This document shows positions 10,422 through 18,315 of a stretch of 33,491 bases of DNA, one piece after another. Location: assembly GCA_035263265.1 (NCBI GenBank), contig DATFRM010000417.1:1-33491 (forward strand). The letters run 5' to 3'. How positions within the stretch are numbered: the first letter of the stretch is position 1; the number at the start of each line of letters is the position of its first letter. Source of the stretch: Actinomycetes bacterium (GTDB lineage Bacteria > Actinomycetota > Actinomycetes > JAKEEW01). A program made the translations under genes and the position numbers. The notes under the pieces are model-generated. The model was not told the origin of the DNA. It saw nothing but the letters and a program-made list of their open reading frames with translations, and ran no database searches.

Positions 10422-11723
10422 GTGAGCCATCCCCAGGCCGACCGGGCCGCCGCAGCTAGCGTGGCCACGGTGCGCCCGGTGACGGCGCGCACGATCGAGG
10501 TACCGGACCTCGGCCAGTTGCTCCCGCACCTGCCCAGCGCGGCCGGGGTGGCCTGGATTCACGACGGTGACGGCATGATCGCCTGGGGCGAGGCGGCCCG
10601 GCTCGAGCTGTCCGGACCGGACCAGTTCGAACGGGCCGCGGATTGGTGGCAGCGCTACTGCGCCACTGTGGCCCAGATCGACGAACCGGACGGCGCCGCC
10701 CCGGTCCGCGGTCCGGTCATGTTCGGCAGCTTCGCGTTCGACCAGTCCACCGGCTCGTCGGTGGTACTGGTGCCCGCGATGGTGTTGGCCCGGGTGGCCG
10801 GCCGGTGCTGGCTGACGCTGATCAGCCCGGCGACCGGGGCAGCGGCCTACCTGGACCCACACTCGCTGGCCGAATTGGCATCGGGACCGGTCGAGCCGGT
10901 CCGGGCGCCGGGTGAAGTGCGCTGGTCCGAGGGCTCGGAGTCGGTCATGGCCTGGGCCGGTGCGGTGGCCGCCGCCGTGGGCCGGATCGAGGCCGGTGAG
11001 CTGGCCAAGGTGGTGCTGGCCAGGGACGTGATCGCCGAAGCCGAGCACCCGGTGGACGCGCGGCATCTGCTGACCCGGCTCGCCGAGCGCTACCCGAGCT
11101 GCTGGACGTTCGCCGTGGATGGTCTGGTCGGGGCCACGCCCGAGCTGCTCATTCGCCGGTCGGGAACCGACGTCGAGTCGTTGGTGTTGGCCGGTACCGC
11201 ATGGCGGCACGACGACACGGACGAGGACCGGCTGGCCGCCGAGCTCATCGCGTCCGCGAAAGATCAGGAAGAGCACGTATACGCGACCCAGTCGGCGGCC
11301 GACGCCCTGGCCGGCTACTGCGCCGAGCTTTCCGTGCCGCCGGCGCCCGAGGTCGTGCGGTTGGCGAATCTGGTCCATCTGGGTACCCGGGTCAGCGGCC
11401 GGCTGGCGGGCGATACCGATGCGCTGACCCTGGCTGCCGCGCTGCACCCGACCGCCGCGGTAGCCGGCACGCCGACCGACCTCGCGCTCAAGGTCATCGA
11501 GGACCTGGAAGGCATGGACCGAGGCCGCTACGCCGGACCGGTCGGCTGGATGGACGCGACCGGCAACGGCGAGTGGTGCATCGCGCTGCGCTGCGCAGAG
11601 CTGTCCGGACGCCTGGTACGGCTGTTCGCGGGATGCGGGATCGTGGCCGGATCGGTTCCGAGGACCGAGATCGCCGAGGCGCAGGCGAAGCTCGCGCCGA
11701 TCCGGGATGCCCTCTGCGACTGA
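10422..11723 (+). CDS. menF: Isochorismate synthase (menaquinone-specific)
   Basis: 433 aa with a GTG start. The chorismate-binding C-terminal region reads ...LHPTAAVAGTP...GMDRGRYAGPVGWMD..GNGEWCIALRCA...FAGCGIVAGSVP..E..E...K. It sits in a men-cluster context. The exact start is uncertain. Confidence 0.85.
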   Translation: MSHPQADRAAAASVATVRPVTARTIEVPDLGQLLPHLPSAAGVAWIHDGDGMIAWGEAARLELSGPDQFERAADWWQRYCATVAQIDEPDGAAPVRGPVMFGSFAFDQSTGSSVVLVPAMVLARVAGRCWLTLISPATGAAAYLDPHSLAELASGPVEPVRAPGEVRWSEGSESVMAWAGAVAAAVGRIEAGELAKVVLARDVIAEAEHPVDARHLLTRLAERYPSCWTFAVDGLVGATPELLIRRSGTDVESLVLAGTAWRHDDTDEDRLAAELIASAKDQEEHVYATQSAADALAGYCAELSVPPAPEVVRLANLVHLGTRVSGRLAGDTDALTLAAALHPTAAVAGTPTDLALKVIEDLEGMDRGRYAGPVGWMDATGNGEWCIALRCAELSGRLVRLFAGCGIVAGSVPRTEIAEAQAKLAPIRDALCD

Positions 11724-11817
11724 ACCCCGGCCCGTCTCGCCCCTACCTTTCGATCATTAGACGCCGTGCCGGCAAATGATCACCTAGTTTTGGCCGGTTT
11801 GTAACGCGAGATGGGGA

Positions 11818-13527
11818 CTAATGATCGAGTTTGGCGAGGGCGGCGGCTACCGCGGCGTGGAGCCGGTGCTGGAGTTCGGTTTCGGCCGCCCGATCGGTGC
11901 GGACCCGGACCAACCGTAGGCCGGTCGTTGGCTTGACGGCGCCGGCCAGTTCCGCCGCAGTGGACACCTCGGCGACCGGGATGCCGGTGACGGCGGCATC
12001 GGCGGCAAGATCGGCACGGTGCGGCGTGCCGAATACCCGCTCGAACCCCTCGATCCCGGCCTGCGGCAGCAGTGAGAAGATCCCACCGCCGTCGTTGTCC
12101 ACCACGATCACGCACAGGTCAGGACGCGGCTCGTCGGGGCCGAGCACGAGGCCGTTGCGGTCGTGCAGGTAGGCCAGGTCACCGAGCACCGCGTAGGCCG
12201 GCCCGCCGCCGGCGGCTTGCCAGGCCAGCGCGGCGCCGACGGCGCTGGACACGCAGCCGTCGATGCCGGACGCGCCCCGGTTCGCCACCACGTGGGCGAG
12301 CAGGTCGGGGCGGAGTTGGGCCTCGAAATCTCTGATCGGTTTCGACGAGCCGACGAACAGCAAGCTGTCCGCCGCGGCCAACCGCCCGAGCTCCCTAGCC
12401 AGGCCCGGCTCGGTGAGCCGATCGGTGCTGTCGAGCAGGGAGTCGATAGCTGCCGTTGCCGCCGCCTCGGCCCGCCGCCAGCCGGCCAGCCAGCTTGTTA
12501 CCGGCCGGGACGCGGCCTCCCGGCGGTGCCCCACGCCGAGCACCGGCACCGCCGCCACCACTCGGTCGGCGGATCGGGTCGGATCCGCCCAGTCCGGATG
12601 CGGGTCCACCACAACATGCCGATCCGCGCTGCGCAGCCAGCCGAGCAGGCTGCGGGACAGGCCGGGCTTGCCGACCGAGATCACCAGCTCCGGGCGGTGC
12701 CTGTCCGCGAACGGCTCGGCCGCCAGCAGTAGCGTGTAGGTGGACACCGCGTTCGGCCCGCGCCTGGCGTTGCCGGTCGGTTCGGAGAGCAATGGCCAGC
12801 CCGCGGCCTCGGCCAGCTGTACCGATGCATCCGCGTCCGCCCCGGTCGCGCCGTCGGCGACGACCACCGCACCCCGCTCCGGGAGCTCCGGGTACAACTC
12901 GGACAGCGGATTGGGCGTGCTCACCGGCCGATCGATCCGGGTCCAGGGCCGCCCGTCGGGCCGGCCGTCCAACCGCTCCGGCCAGTCCAGATCACCGTCG
13001 GGTACTAGGGGCTCGCGGAAGCCGATGTTCAGGTGGACGGGGCCCGCCTGGTTGACCGCGGCTTGGACAGCTCGGGCGCCGACCGAGCGCCAGTAGCCGA
13101 CCATGCCCGGCCCAGCAACCGGCGTGCCCACCTCGGCGAAGAACCGGACCGCCGACCCGTAGAGCCCCAGCTGGTCGATGACCTGGTTCGCCCCGGTGCC
13201 GCGCAGCTCCGGCGGTCGGTCGGCGGTGAGCACAACGAGCGGCACGTGTGCCTGCGCTGCCTCGGCCACGGCCGGATGGAAGTTCGCCGCGGCGGTACCG
13301 GAGGTGCACACCAGCGCGGCCGGGCGGCCGGAGACCTTGCCGAGTCCGACGGCGAGGAACCCGGCCGAGCGCTCGTCGATCCGCACGTGCAGTCGGATCC
13401 GCGGGTCGGCGTGCAGCGCGAGCGCGAGCGGGGCGGAGCGCGAACCCGGCGCCACTACCGCCTCGGTGACGCCGCACCGGACCAGCTCATCCGTCAGCAC
13501 GCGGGCGAGCGCGGTTGCCGGGTTCAC
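11818..13527 (-). CDS. menD: 2-succinyl-5-enolpyruvyl-6-hydroxy-3-cyclohexene-1-carboxylate (SEPHCHC) synthase, ThDP-dependent
   Basis: 569 aa with a GTG start at 13527. It shows ...VVAPGSRSAPLALAL...CTSGTAAANFHPAV.EA....PL.VLTADRPPELRG.GANQ... and the C-terminal ThDP motif GDLAYLHD.NGL....VVDNDGGGIF. Confidence 0.92.
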   Translation of the reverse strand: MNPATALARVLTDELVRCGVTEAVVAPGSRSAPLALALHADPRIRLHVRIDERSAGFLAVGLGKVSGRPAALVCTSGTAAANFHPAVAEAAQAHVPLVVLTADRPPELRGTGANQVIDQLGLYGSAVRFFAEVGTPVAGPGMVGYWRSVGARAVQAAVNQAGPVHLNIGFREPLVPDGDLDWPERLDGRPDGRPWTRIDRPVSTPNPLSELYPELPERGAVVVADGATGADADASVQLAEAAGWPLLSEPTGNARRGPNAVSTYTLLLAAEPFADRHRPELVISVGKPGLSRSLLGWLRSADRHVVVDPHPDWADPTRSADRVVAAVPVLGVGHRREAASRPVTSWLAGWRRAEAAATAAIDSLLDSTDRLTEPGLARELGRLAAADSLLFVGSSKPIRDFEAQLRPDLLAHVVANRGASGIDGCVSSAVGAALAWQAAGGGPAYAVLGDLAYLHDRNGLVLGPDEPRPDLCVIVVDNDGGGIFSLLPQAGIEGFERVFGTPHRADLAADAAVTGIPVAEVSTAAELAGAVKPTTGLRLVRVRTDRAAETELQHRLHAAVAAALAKLDH

Positions 13528-14054
13528 GGCCGGTCGGGGCGGCCGAGGTAGCGCAGGATCCGGGTCAGGTTCTCCAATAGCGGCCGAACCGAGTCGATGA
13601 CCAGGTGCTCATCCGACCAAGGCACGAACTCCGCCCGGGGGCGCTGCACGTCGTCCCAGGTCGGCTCTTGGAACTCTGGCGGCAAGTTGCGCCGGCGAGC
13701 CGCCAACCGCTCTCGGTGCAACCGCTCGTCCGAGCACACGCAGTGGATCACCCGCAGCTCGACGCCGCAGGACTCGGCGATCTTCCGCCAGGCCGTCCGC
13801 GCCTCCTCGACCGCGTTCACCGCGTCCGCGACGACGGTGTGCCCGAGCGCGAGGTGCGTGTCGACCAGGCTCTGCGCGACTCCGTAGGCGGCCAGTCCGG
13901 TCGCGTAGCTCTGCTCGATCCCGGTCGGGAGGATGGCCGACTCGATCGGATCTACCGAGAACACCGGAGCCGGGAGCAGCCGCGCGAGCTCATCGGCGAC
14001 GGCGCTCTTCCCGGTCCCTGGAAGTCCGGAGAACAGAATCAGCATCGGCCTCAT
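13524..14054 (-). CDS. P-loop NTPase / AAA_33-like small kinase-family protein, function unknown
   Basis: 176 aa with Walker A LFSGLPGTGKSAVADELA. Its small size is typical of nucleotide- or sugar-kinase-like ATPases. Its stop overlaps the menD GTG (GTGA), implying co-translation with menD. Confidence 0.7.
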   Translation of the reverse strand: MRPMLILFSGLPGTGKSAVADELARLLPAPVFSVDPIESAILPTGIEQSYATGLAAYGVAQSLVDTHLALGHTVVADAVNAVEEARTAWRKIAESCGVELRVIHCVCSDERLHRERLAARRRNLPPEFQEPTWDDVQRPRAEFVPWSDEHLVIDSVRPLLENLTRILRYLGRPDRP

Positions 14055-14098
14055 TCTGCCCGAGCGCCGGTACCGCTCGGCCGCGCAGCCCCGGGCGG

Positions 14099-15826
14099 CT
14101 ACATCCGATCCGGCGCCGAGATGCCGAGCACGCCGAGCCCCTGTCGCAGGGTCCGGGCGGTCAGGTCACAGAGGACCAGCCGGCCGGCGCGCGTCGCCGG
14201 GTCCGGCGCTTCGAGCACCGGGCATAGCTCGTAGAAGGTCATGAACGCGGAGGCAAGCCGGTACAGGAACCCGGCGAGGCGATGCGGCTGGAGGGTGTCG
14301 CTCACCTCGGTTACCACACCCGCGAAGCCCAGCAGCTCGAGCGCCAGTTCCCGCTCCGCCGGCTGGGTCAGGGGGACGGGCGCACCGCTACCGCTCAGGT
14401 CGGCACCGGTCCGGCGGAAGATCGACCGGATCCGGGCGTGCGCGTACTGCAGATATGGCGCGGTGTTTCCGTCCAGTGCGAGCATCCGATCCAGGTCGAG
14501 CACGTAGTCCTTGATCCGGTCGGTGGACAGGTCGGCGTACTTGACCGCGCCGATCCCGACCGCGCGGGCCACCTCTTCACGCTCGGCCGGGTTGAGCGCC
14601 GCGTTCTTCTCGGCGACCACCGCACCGGCCCTGGCTACGGCTTCATCGAGCAGGAGACTCAGCTTCACCGAGGCGCCGGCCCGGGTGCGCAGCAGCTTGC
14701 CGTCGGCGCCGAGCACCGAACCGTGACCGACGTGCTCGGCCCGCGCCGGCGGCTTCAGCCAGCCCGCCTCGCGCGCGGTCTCGAAGATCATCTCCAGGTG
14801 CAACCGCTGTGGTAGCCCGACCACGTACAGCAGCCGGGTGGCCCCGAGATCGCGCAGCCGGTGCCGGATGGTGGCCAGATCGGTGGTTGCGTAGCCGTAC
14901 CCGCCGTCGCGCTTGCGCACGATGAGCGGGAGGGGGTCGCCGTCCCGGTTCGTGAAGCCGGCCGGGAACACGGAGGCGGCGCCGTCGCTGATGGCGATTA
15001 GCCCGAGCGAGTCGAGCTCGATGATGACCGAGCCGAACTCGTCCTGGTGGGAGCTTTCGCCGTCGTAGTCGGCGTCGGTCAGCTCGACGTCCAGGCGCCG
15101 GTACACCTCGGCGAAGTACCGCTTCGACTCCCTGATCAGCACCGCCCACAGCCGGCGAGTGACCGGATCGCCGCCCTGCAGCAGCACCACCCGGCGGCGA
15201 GCGCGGTCGGCGAAGTCCGGAACGCTGTCGAACTTCACCCGCGCGGCCTGGTAGAAGCCGGTGAGATCACCGACCGACAGCTTGTCCGCCGCGCCGTCCT
15301 CGCCCACGTCGACCAGGTGCTCGATCAGCATCCCGAACGGCGTGCCCCAGTCACCGATGTGGTTCTGCCTGATCACGGTGTGTCCGAGCCAGGTCAGCAG
15401 TCGCGCGACCGCGTCGCCGATGATGGTCGAGCGCAGGTGGCCGACGTGCATCTCCTTGGCGGCGTTCGGCGCCGAGTAGTCGACTACGACCGTCTCCGGG
15501 TGCTCGGCTCGCGCGACGCCAAGCCGATCGTCGGGTGCGAGTTCCGCGATCAGCCGGCCCAAGACCTGGTCGGCGACGGTGAGGTTGATGAAGCCGGGGC
15601 CGGAGACCGCGACCTGGTCACACAGGTCGGCGAGTTGTGCGTGCGCAACGACCTCGGCCGCGACCTCCCGCGGATTTCGGGCCAGCCGGCGAGACAGCGC
15701 AAGCGCCGCGTCGGACTGGAAGTCTGCGTACCGCGACCGGCGGACCACCGGACCGACCGGCTCACCGGCGACCGCCTCGAACGCGCCGGCCAGCCGCTGG
15801 GTCAGCATCTGCTCGAGGTCGGCCAT
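14099..15826 (-). CDS. argS: Arginine--tRNA ligase (long, E. coli-like type)
   Basis: 575 aa. It shows VVDYSAPNAAKEMHVGHLRSTIIGDA (HIGH region), IVRKRDGGYGYATTDLA, GADGKLLRTRAGASVKL, VGIGAVKYADLS and GNTAPYLQYAHARIRSI, and ends ...GISAPDRM. It appears collinear with E. coli ArgS, judged from memory. Confidence 0.93.
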   Translation of the reverse strand: MADLEQMLTQRLAGAFEAVAGEPVGPVVRRSRYADFQSDAALALSRRLARNPREVAAEVVAHAQLADLCDQVAVSGPGFINLTVADQVLGRLIAELAPDDRLGVARAEHPETVVVDYSAPNAAKEMHVGHLRSTIIGDAVARLLTWLGHTVIRQNHIGDWGTPFGMLIEHLVDVGEDGAADKLSVGDLTGFYQAARVKFDSVPDFADRARRRVVLLQGGDPVTRRLWAVLIRESKRYFAEVYRRLDVELTDADYDGESSHQDEFGSVIIELDSLGLIAISDGAASVFPAGFTNRDGDPLPLIVRKRDGGYGYATTDLATIRHRLRDLGATRLLYVVGLPQRLHLEMIFETAREAGWLKPPARAEHVGHGSVLGADGKLLRTRAGASVKLSLLLDEAVARAGAVVAEKNAALNPAEREEVARAVGIGAVKYADLSTDRIKDYVLDLDRMLALDGNTAPYLQYAHARIRSIFRRTGADLSGSGAPVPLTQPAERELALELLGFAGVVTEVSDTLQPHRLAGFLYRLASAFMTFYELCPVLEAPDPATRAGRLVLCDLTARTLRQGLGVLGISAPDRM

Positions 15827-15870
15827 AGATCACAAATGTAGGACCAGGGCACCGGCGGGGCCGTGCCGAG

Positions 15871-15978
15871 GCGAGGGCGTGAAGGATCCGAGGGTCAATC
15901 CGTTCGTACAGTCCTGAAATATCGGGACAACATCCCTAGGGCGGGTGGTGTTGCTACTCGGATCCTTCACGCCCCCGC
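15871..15978. repeat. Inverted repeat (18 bp perfect, 22 bp with one mismatch) flanking a lower-GC 64-nt core, 45 nt upstream of argS
   Basis: The left arm is gcgagggcgtgaaggatccgag (15871-15892) and the right arm is ctcggatccttcacgcccccgc (15957-15978). The spacer at 15893-15956 is about 53% GC by hand count, in a much more GC-rich context. It contains a small internal hairpin gtcc-tgaaatatcg-ggac. Confidence 0.85.
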
Positions 15979-15985
15979 GGCCCAT

Positions 15986-16113
15986 AGGCGCTACGGGCGC
16001 TTCGGACCTGCCCGAACTGCCGATCCCGCGCAGGCGTTACGGGCGCTTCGGACCTGTCCGAACTGCAGACCCGCGCAGGCGCTACGGGCGCTTCGGGAAC
16101 TGCCCGAAGTCGG
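15986..16113 (-). repeat. Tandem direct repeat with a 46/45-bp period and three copies. Copy C is the native 3' end of menB including its stop codon.
   Basis: Copy A is 15986-16031 and copy B is 16032-16076. Copy C starts at 16077, with the first 20 nt identical to A. Each copy contains a short palindrome: ttcggacctgcccgaa, ttcggacctgtccgaa (perfect 7+2+7) and cttcgggaactgcccgaag. Each copy also carries CCGAAGCGCCCGTAG/TAA on the minus strand (PKRP*). Confidence 0.88.
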
Positions 16114-16981
16114 GCCGGCGCCGCTGCACGTACGCGTCCCGGCCCTCCTGCGCCTCCTCGGTCATGTAGAACAGCAGCGTTGCATCGCCGGCGAGCTGCT
16201 GGATCCCGGCGAGTCCATCGTCCGCGGCGTTCAGCGAGGCCTTGAGCATGCGCAGTGCGAGCGGCGACATGGTCAGCATCTCCCGGCACCACGCGACGGT
16301 CTCCACTTCCAGCTGCTCCAGCGGCACCACCGTGTTGACCAAGCCCATCTCCAGCGCCTGGGCGGCGTCGTACTGCCGGCACAAGAACCAGATCTCGCGC
16401 GCCTTCTTCTGGCCGACCATCCGGGCGAGCAGGCCGGAGCCGTAGCCGCCGTCGAACGAGCCGACCTTAGGCCCGGTCTGACCGAATCGTGCGTTTTCGG
16501 CCGCGATGGTCAGGTCGCAGCAGACGTGCAGCACATGCCCGCCGCCGATCGCATAGCCGGCCACCATCGCGACCACCGGCTTAGGGGTCCGGCGGATCTG
16601 TACCTGCAGGTCGAGCACGTTGAGCCGGCCGATGCCCTTGCTGGCCACCGCATCATCGCCGAGGTAGCCGTCATCGCCGCGGATGCGCTGGTCGCCACCG
16701 GAACAGAACGCGAGGTCGCCCTGCCCGGTCAGGATGATGACGCCGATCGTGTCATCGTCGCGGGCGGCGTTGAACGCGTGCTGCAGCTCGAACAGGGTCT
16801 GCGGCCGGAACGCGTTGCGCACCTCCGGCCGGTTGATCGTGATCTTGCCGATCCCGTCGGCCGTCTCGTACCTGATGTCCCGATAGTCGCCGCCGGCCGG
16901 CACCCAATCCGCGCCGGGCTTGATCGTGCTGACCGCCGGATCGACCGGTCCGTCCCCGTTGGTCCGCGCACTGCCGCTCAT
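16082..16981 (-). CDS. menB: 1,4-dihydroxy-2-naphthoyl-CoA synthase (crotonase fold)
   Basis: Lies within the track ORF 16082..17035. I prefer the ATG at 16981 (MSGSARTNG...), which follows a strong GGAGGAG Shine-Dalgarno. It shows [14 protein letters not shown]..., [49 protein letters not shown] and EGRDAY..RR.PDF. Confidence 0.93.
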   Translation of the reverse strand: MSGSARTNGDGPVDPAVSTIKPGADWVPAGGDYRDIRYETADGIGKITINRPEVRNAFRPQTLFELQHAFNAARDDDTIGVIILTGQGDLAFCSGGDQRIRGDDGYLGDDAVASKGIGRLNVLDLQVQIRRTPKPVVAMVAGYAIGGGHVLHVCCDLTIAAENARFGQTGPKVGSFDGGYGSGLLARMVGQKKAREIWFLCRQYDAAQALEMGLVNTVVPLEQLEVETVAWCREMLTMSPLALRMLKASLNAADDGLAGIQQLAGDATLLFYMTEEAQEGRDAYVQRRRPDFGQFPKRP

Positions 16982-17075
16982 TCGCTCTCCTCCAGCCAGA
17001 CCCCGGCCCACCCTAACCGGTCGGTTTCCGGCCAACTCGGATGGCCGGGAGGCAACGCGTTAGCCTGAGCCGGCC

Positions 17076-18305
17076 ATGACCAGTAACCGCCGACTAATCG
17101 CGCTGACCTGGCCGGCTAGCGGCGCGCGGGCCGGGGACGGCGGAACGGAGGCAGTGGTCACCCCGACTGAGCTGATCGATCGGATCGATCACGCGCTGCG
17201 CGGTGGGCCGCCGCTGGCGATCATCCCGAACGGTCCGGTTGCCCGCCGTCGCTCGCTGCTCGAAGCACTCGGCCCGCAGTTCCCGCTCGAGTCGCCGGAC
17301 GTCGCGTTCGTCGTGCCCACGTCCGGAACGAGTGGGGCGCCAAAGGGCGTCCTGCTGACCGCGACCGCCGTCGAGCATTCCGCCCGGGCCACCCACGAGG
17401 CGCTCGGTGGTTCCGGGCAGTGGCTGTTGGCGCTGCCACCCACCCAGGTCGCCGGCCTGATGGTATTGGTTCGGGCAGCGCTGGCCGGGCTGGAGCCTGT
17501 GCTGATGGATCTGGACGACGGCCTCACCACGGCCGGGTTCGCCGCCGCCACCGAGCGGCTGAACGCCGCGGCCCGGCGCTACACCGCGTTGGTGCCGACT
17601 CAGCTAGATCGAGTGCTTGCCGACGAGACCGGACGCGCCGCACTGACCAGCTACGACGCGATTCTGCTGGGCGGCGGGCCGGCCCCGGCACGGCTACTGG
17701 TGCAGGCGCGCGAGCACAGGATCCGGGTAATCAGCACCTACGGGATGACCGAGACCACCGGCGGATGTGTGTACGACGGTCGCCCGCTGCACGGCGTCCG
17801 GGTCGAGGTCGCCTCCGACCGGCGGATCATAATCGGCGGGCCGACGCTCGCAGCCGGCTACCGGCTCCGGCCTGACCTGACCGCGGAACGGTTCCGCGAC
17901 GGGTGGTTCTTCACGTCGGATTACGGCGAGTTGTCTGCGGACGGCCGACTGCGCGTGCTCGGCCGCCGGGACGACATTGTGATCACCGGCGGCGTGAACG
18001 TGTCGGCCGCCGAGGCAGCGGCACTGCTCCAGGAACATCCGCTCGTCGGCGCGGTGGCGGTGTTCGGCGTACCGGATCCGCATTGGGGCGAGCGGCTGTT
18101 CGCTGCCGTCGTGCCGCGCAATGCCGGCCGACCGCCCGAGCTGGACGAGCTACGCGGTTGGGTCAAGGAGCGCGCCGAGCCGGCCATGGCGCCGCGCAAG
18201 CTGGTCACGATGGCCGCGCTGCCGATGCTGCCGTCCGGCAAGGTGGACGTCGGTGCCCTCCGGGCCGCGTACCTCACCCACGCTGACGAGCCGGACGAGA
18301 GCTGA
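17076..18305 (+). CDS. menE: o-succinylbenzoate--CoA ligase (AMP-binding enzyme family)
   Basis: 409 aa. It has the AMP-binding motif PTSGTSGAPKGVLL, YGMTETTGG, and DGWFFTSDYGEL..DGRL.VLGRRDD.I.TGG.N. It is divergent from menB and directly upstream of menA. Confidence 0.85.
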   Translation: MTSNRRLIALTWPASGARAGDGGTEAVVTPTELIDRIDHALRGGPPLAIIPNGPVARRRSLLEALGPQFPLESPDVAFVVPTSGTSGAPKGVLLTATAVEHSARATHEALGGSGQWLLALPPTQVAGLMVLVRAALAGLEPVLMDLDDGLTTAGFAAATERLNAAARRYTALVPTQLDRVLADETGRAALTSYDAILLGGGPAPARLLVQAREHRIRVISTYGMTETTGGCVYDGRPLHGVRVEVASDRRIIIGGPTLAAGYRLRPDLTAERFRDGWFFTSDYGELSADGRLRVLGRRDDIVITGGVNVSAAEAAALLQEHPLVGAVAVFGVPDPHWGERLFAAVVPRNAGRPPELDELRGWVKERAEPAMAPRKLVTMAALPMLPSGKVDVGALRAAYLTHADEPDES

Positions 18306-18315
18306 GGCACAGCCC

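Noticed and set aside
10371-11447. 358-aa minus-strand ORF antisense to menF
   Set aside because: It has low-complexity, Arg/Gly/Pro-rich composition, and the plus strand carries the chorismate-binding motifs of isochorismate synthase.
15875-15974. The GTGAAG...CTTCAC arms of the argS-upstream inverted repeat as a second Rex operator
   Set aside because: The two half-site-like strings lie at opposite ends of a ~100-bp element (15880-15885 and 15965-15970) rather than being separated by 4 nt. Neither arm alone forms a TTGTGAA-N4-TTCACAA site.
15827-16081. Possible T-box or other riboswitch leader for argS
   Set aside because: The only T-box-like string (tagggcgggtggtg) is on the plus strand, antisense to argS. 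I found no specifier-loop or antiterminator arrangement on the minus strand, and the region is dominated by simple repeats.
15863-17068. 401-aa plus-strand ORF spanning the argS-menB spacer and antisense to menB (its translation shows repeated RRYGRFGP segments)
   Set aside because: The peptide repeats only reflect the DNA tandem repeat. The remainder is antisense to a clear menB, and it has no start context or motifs.
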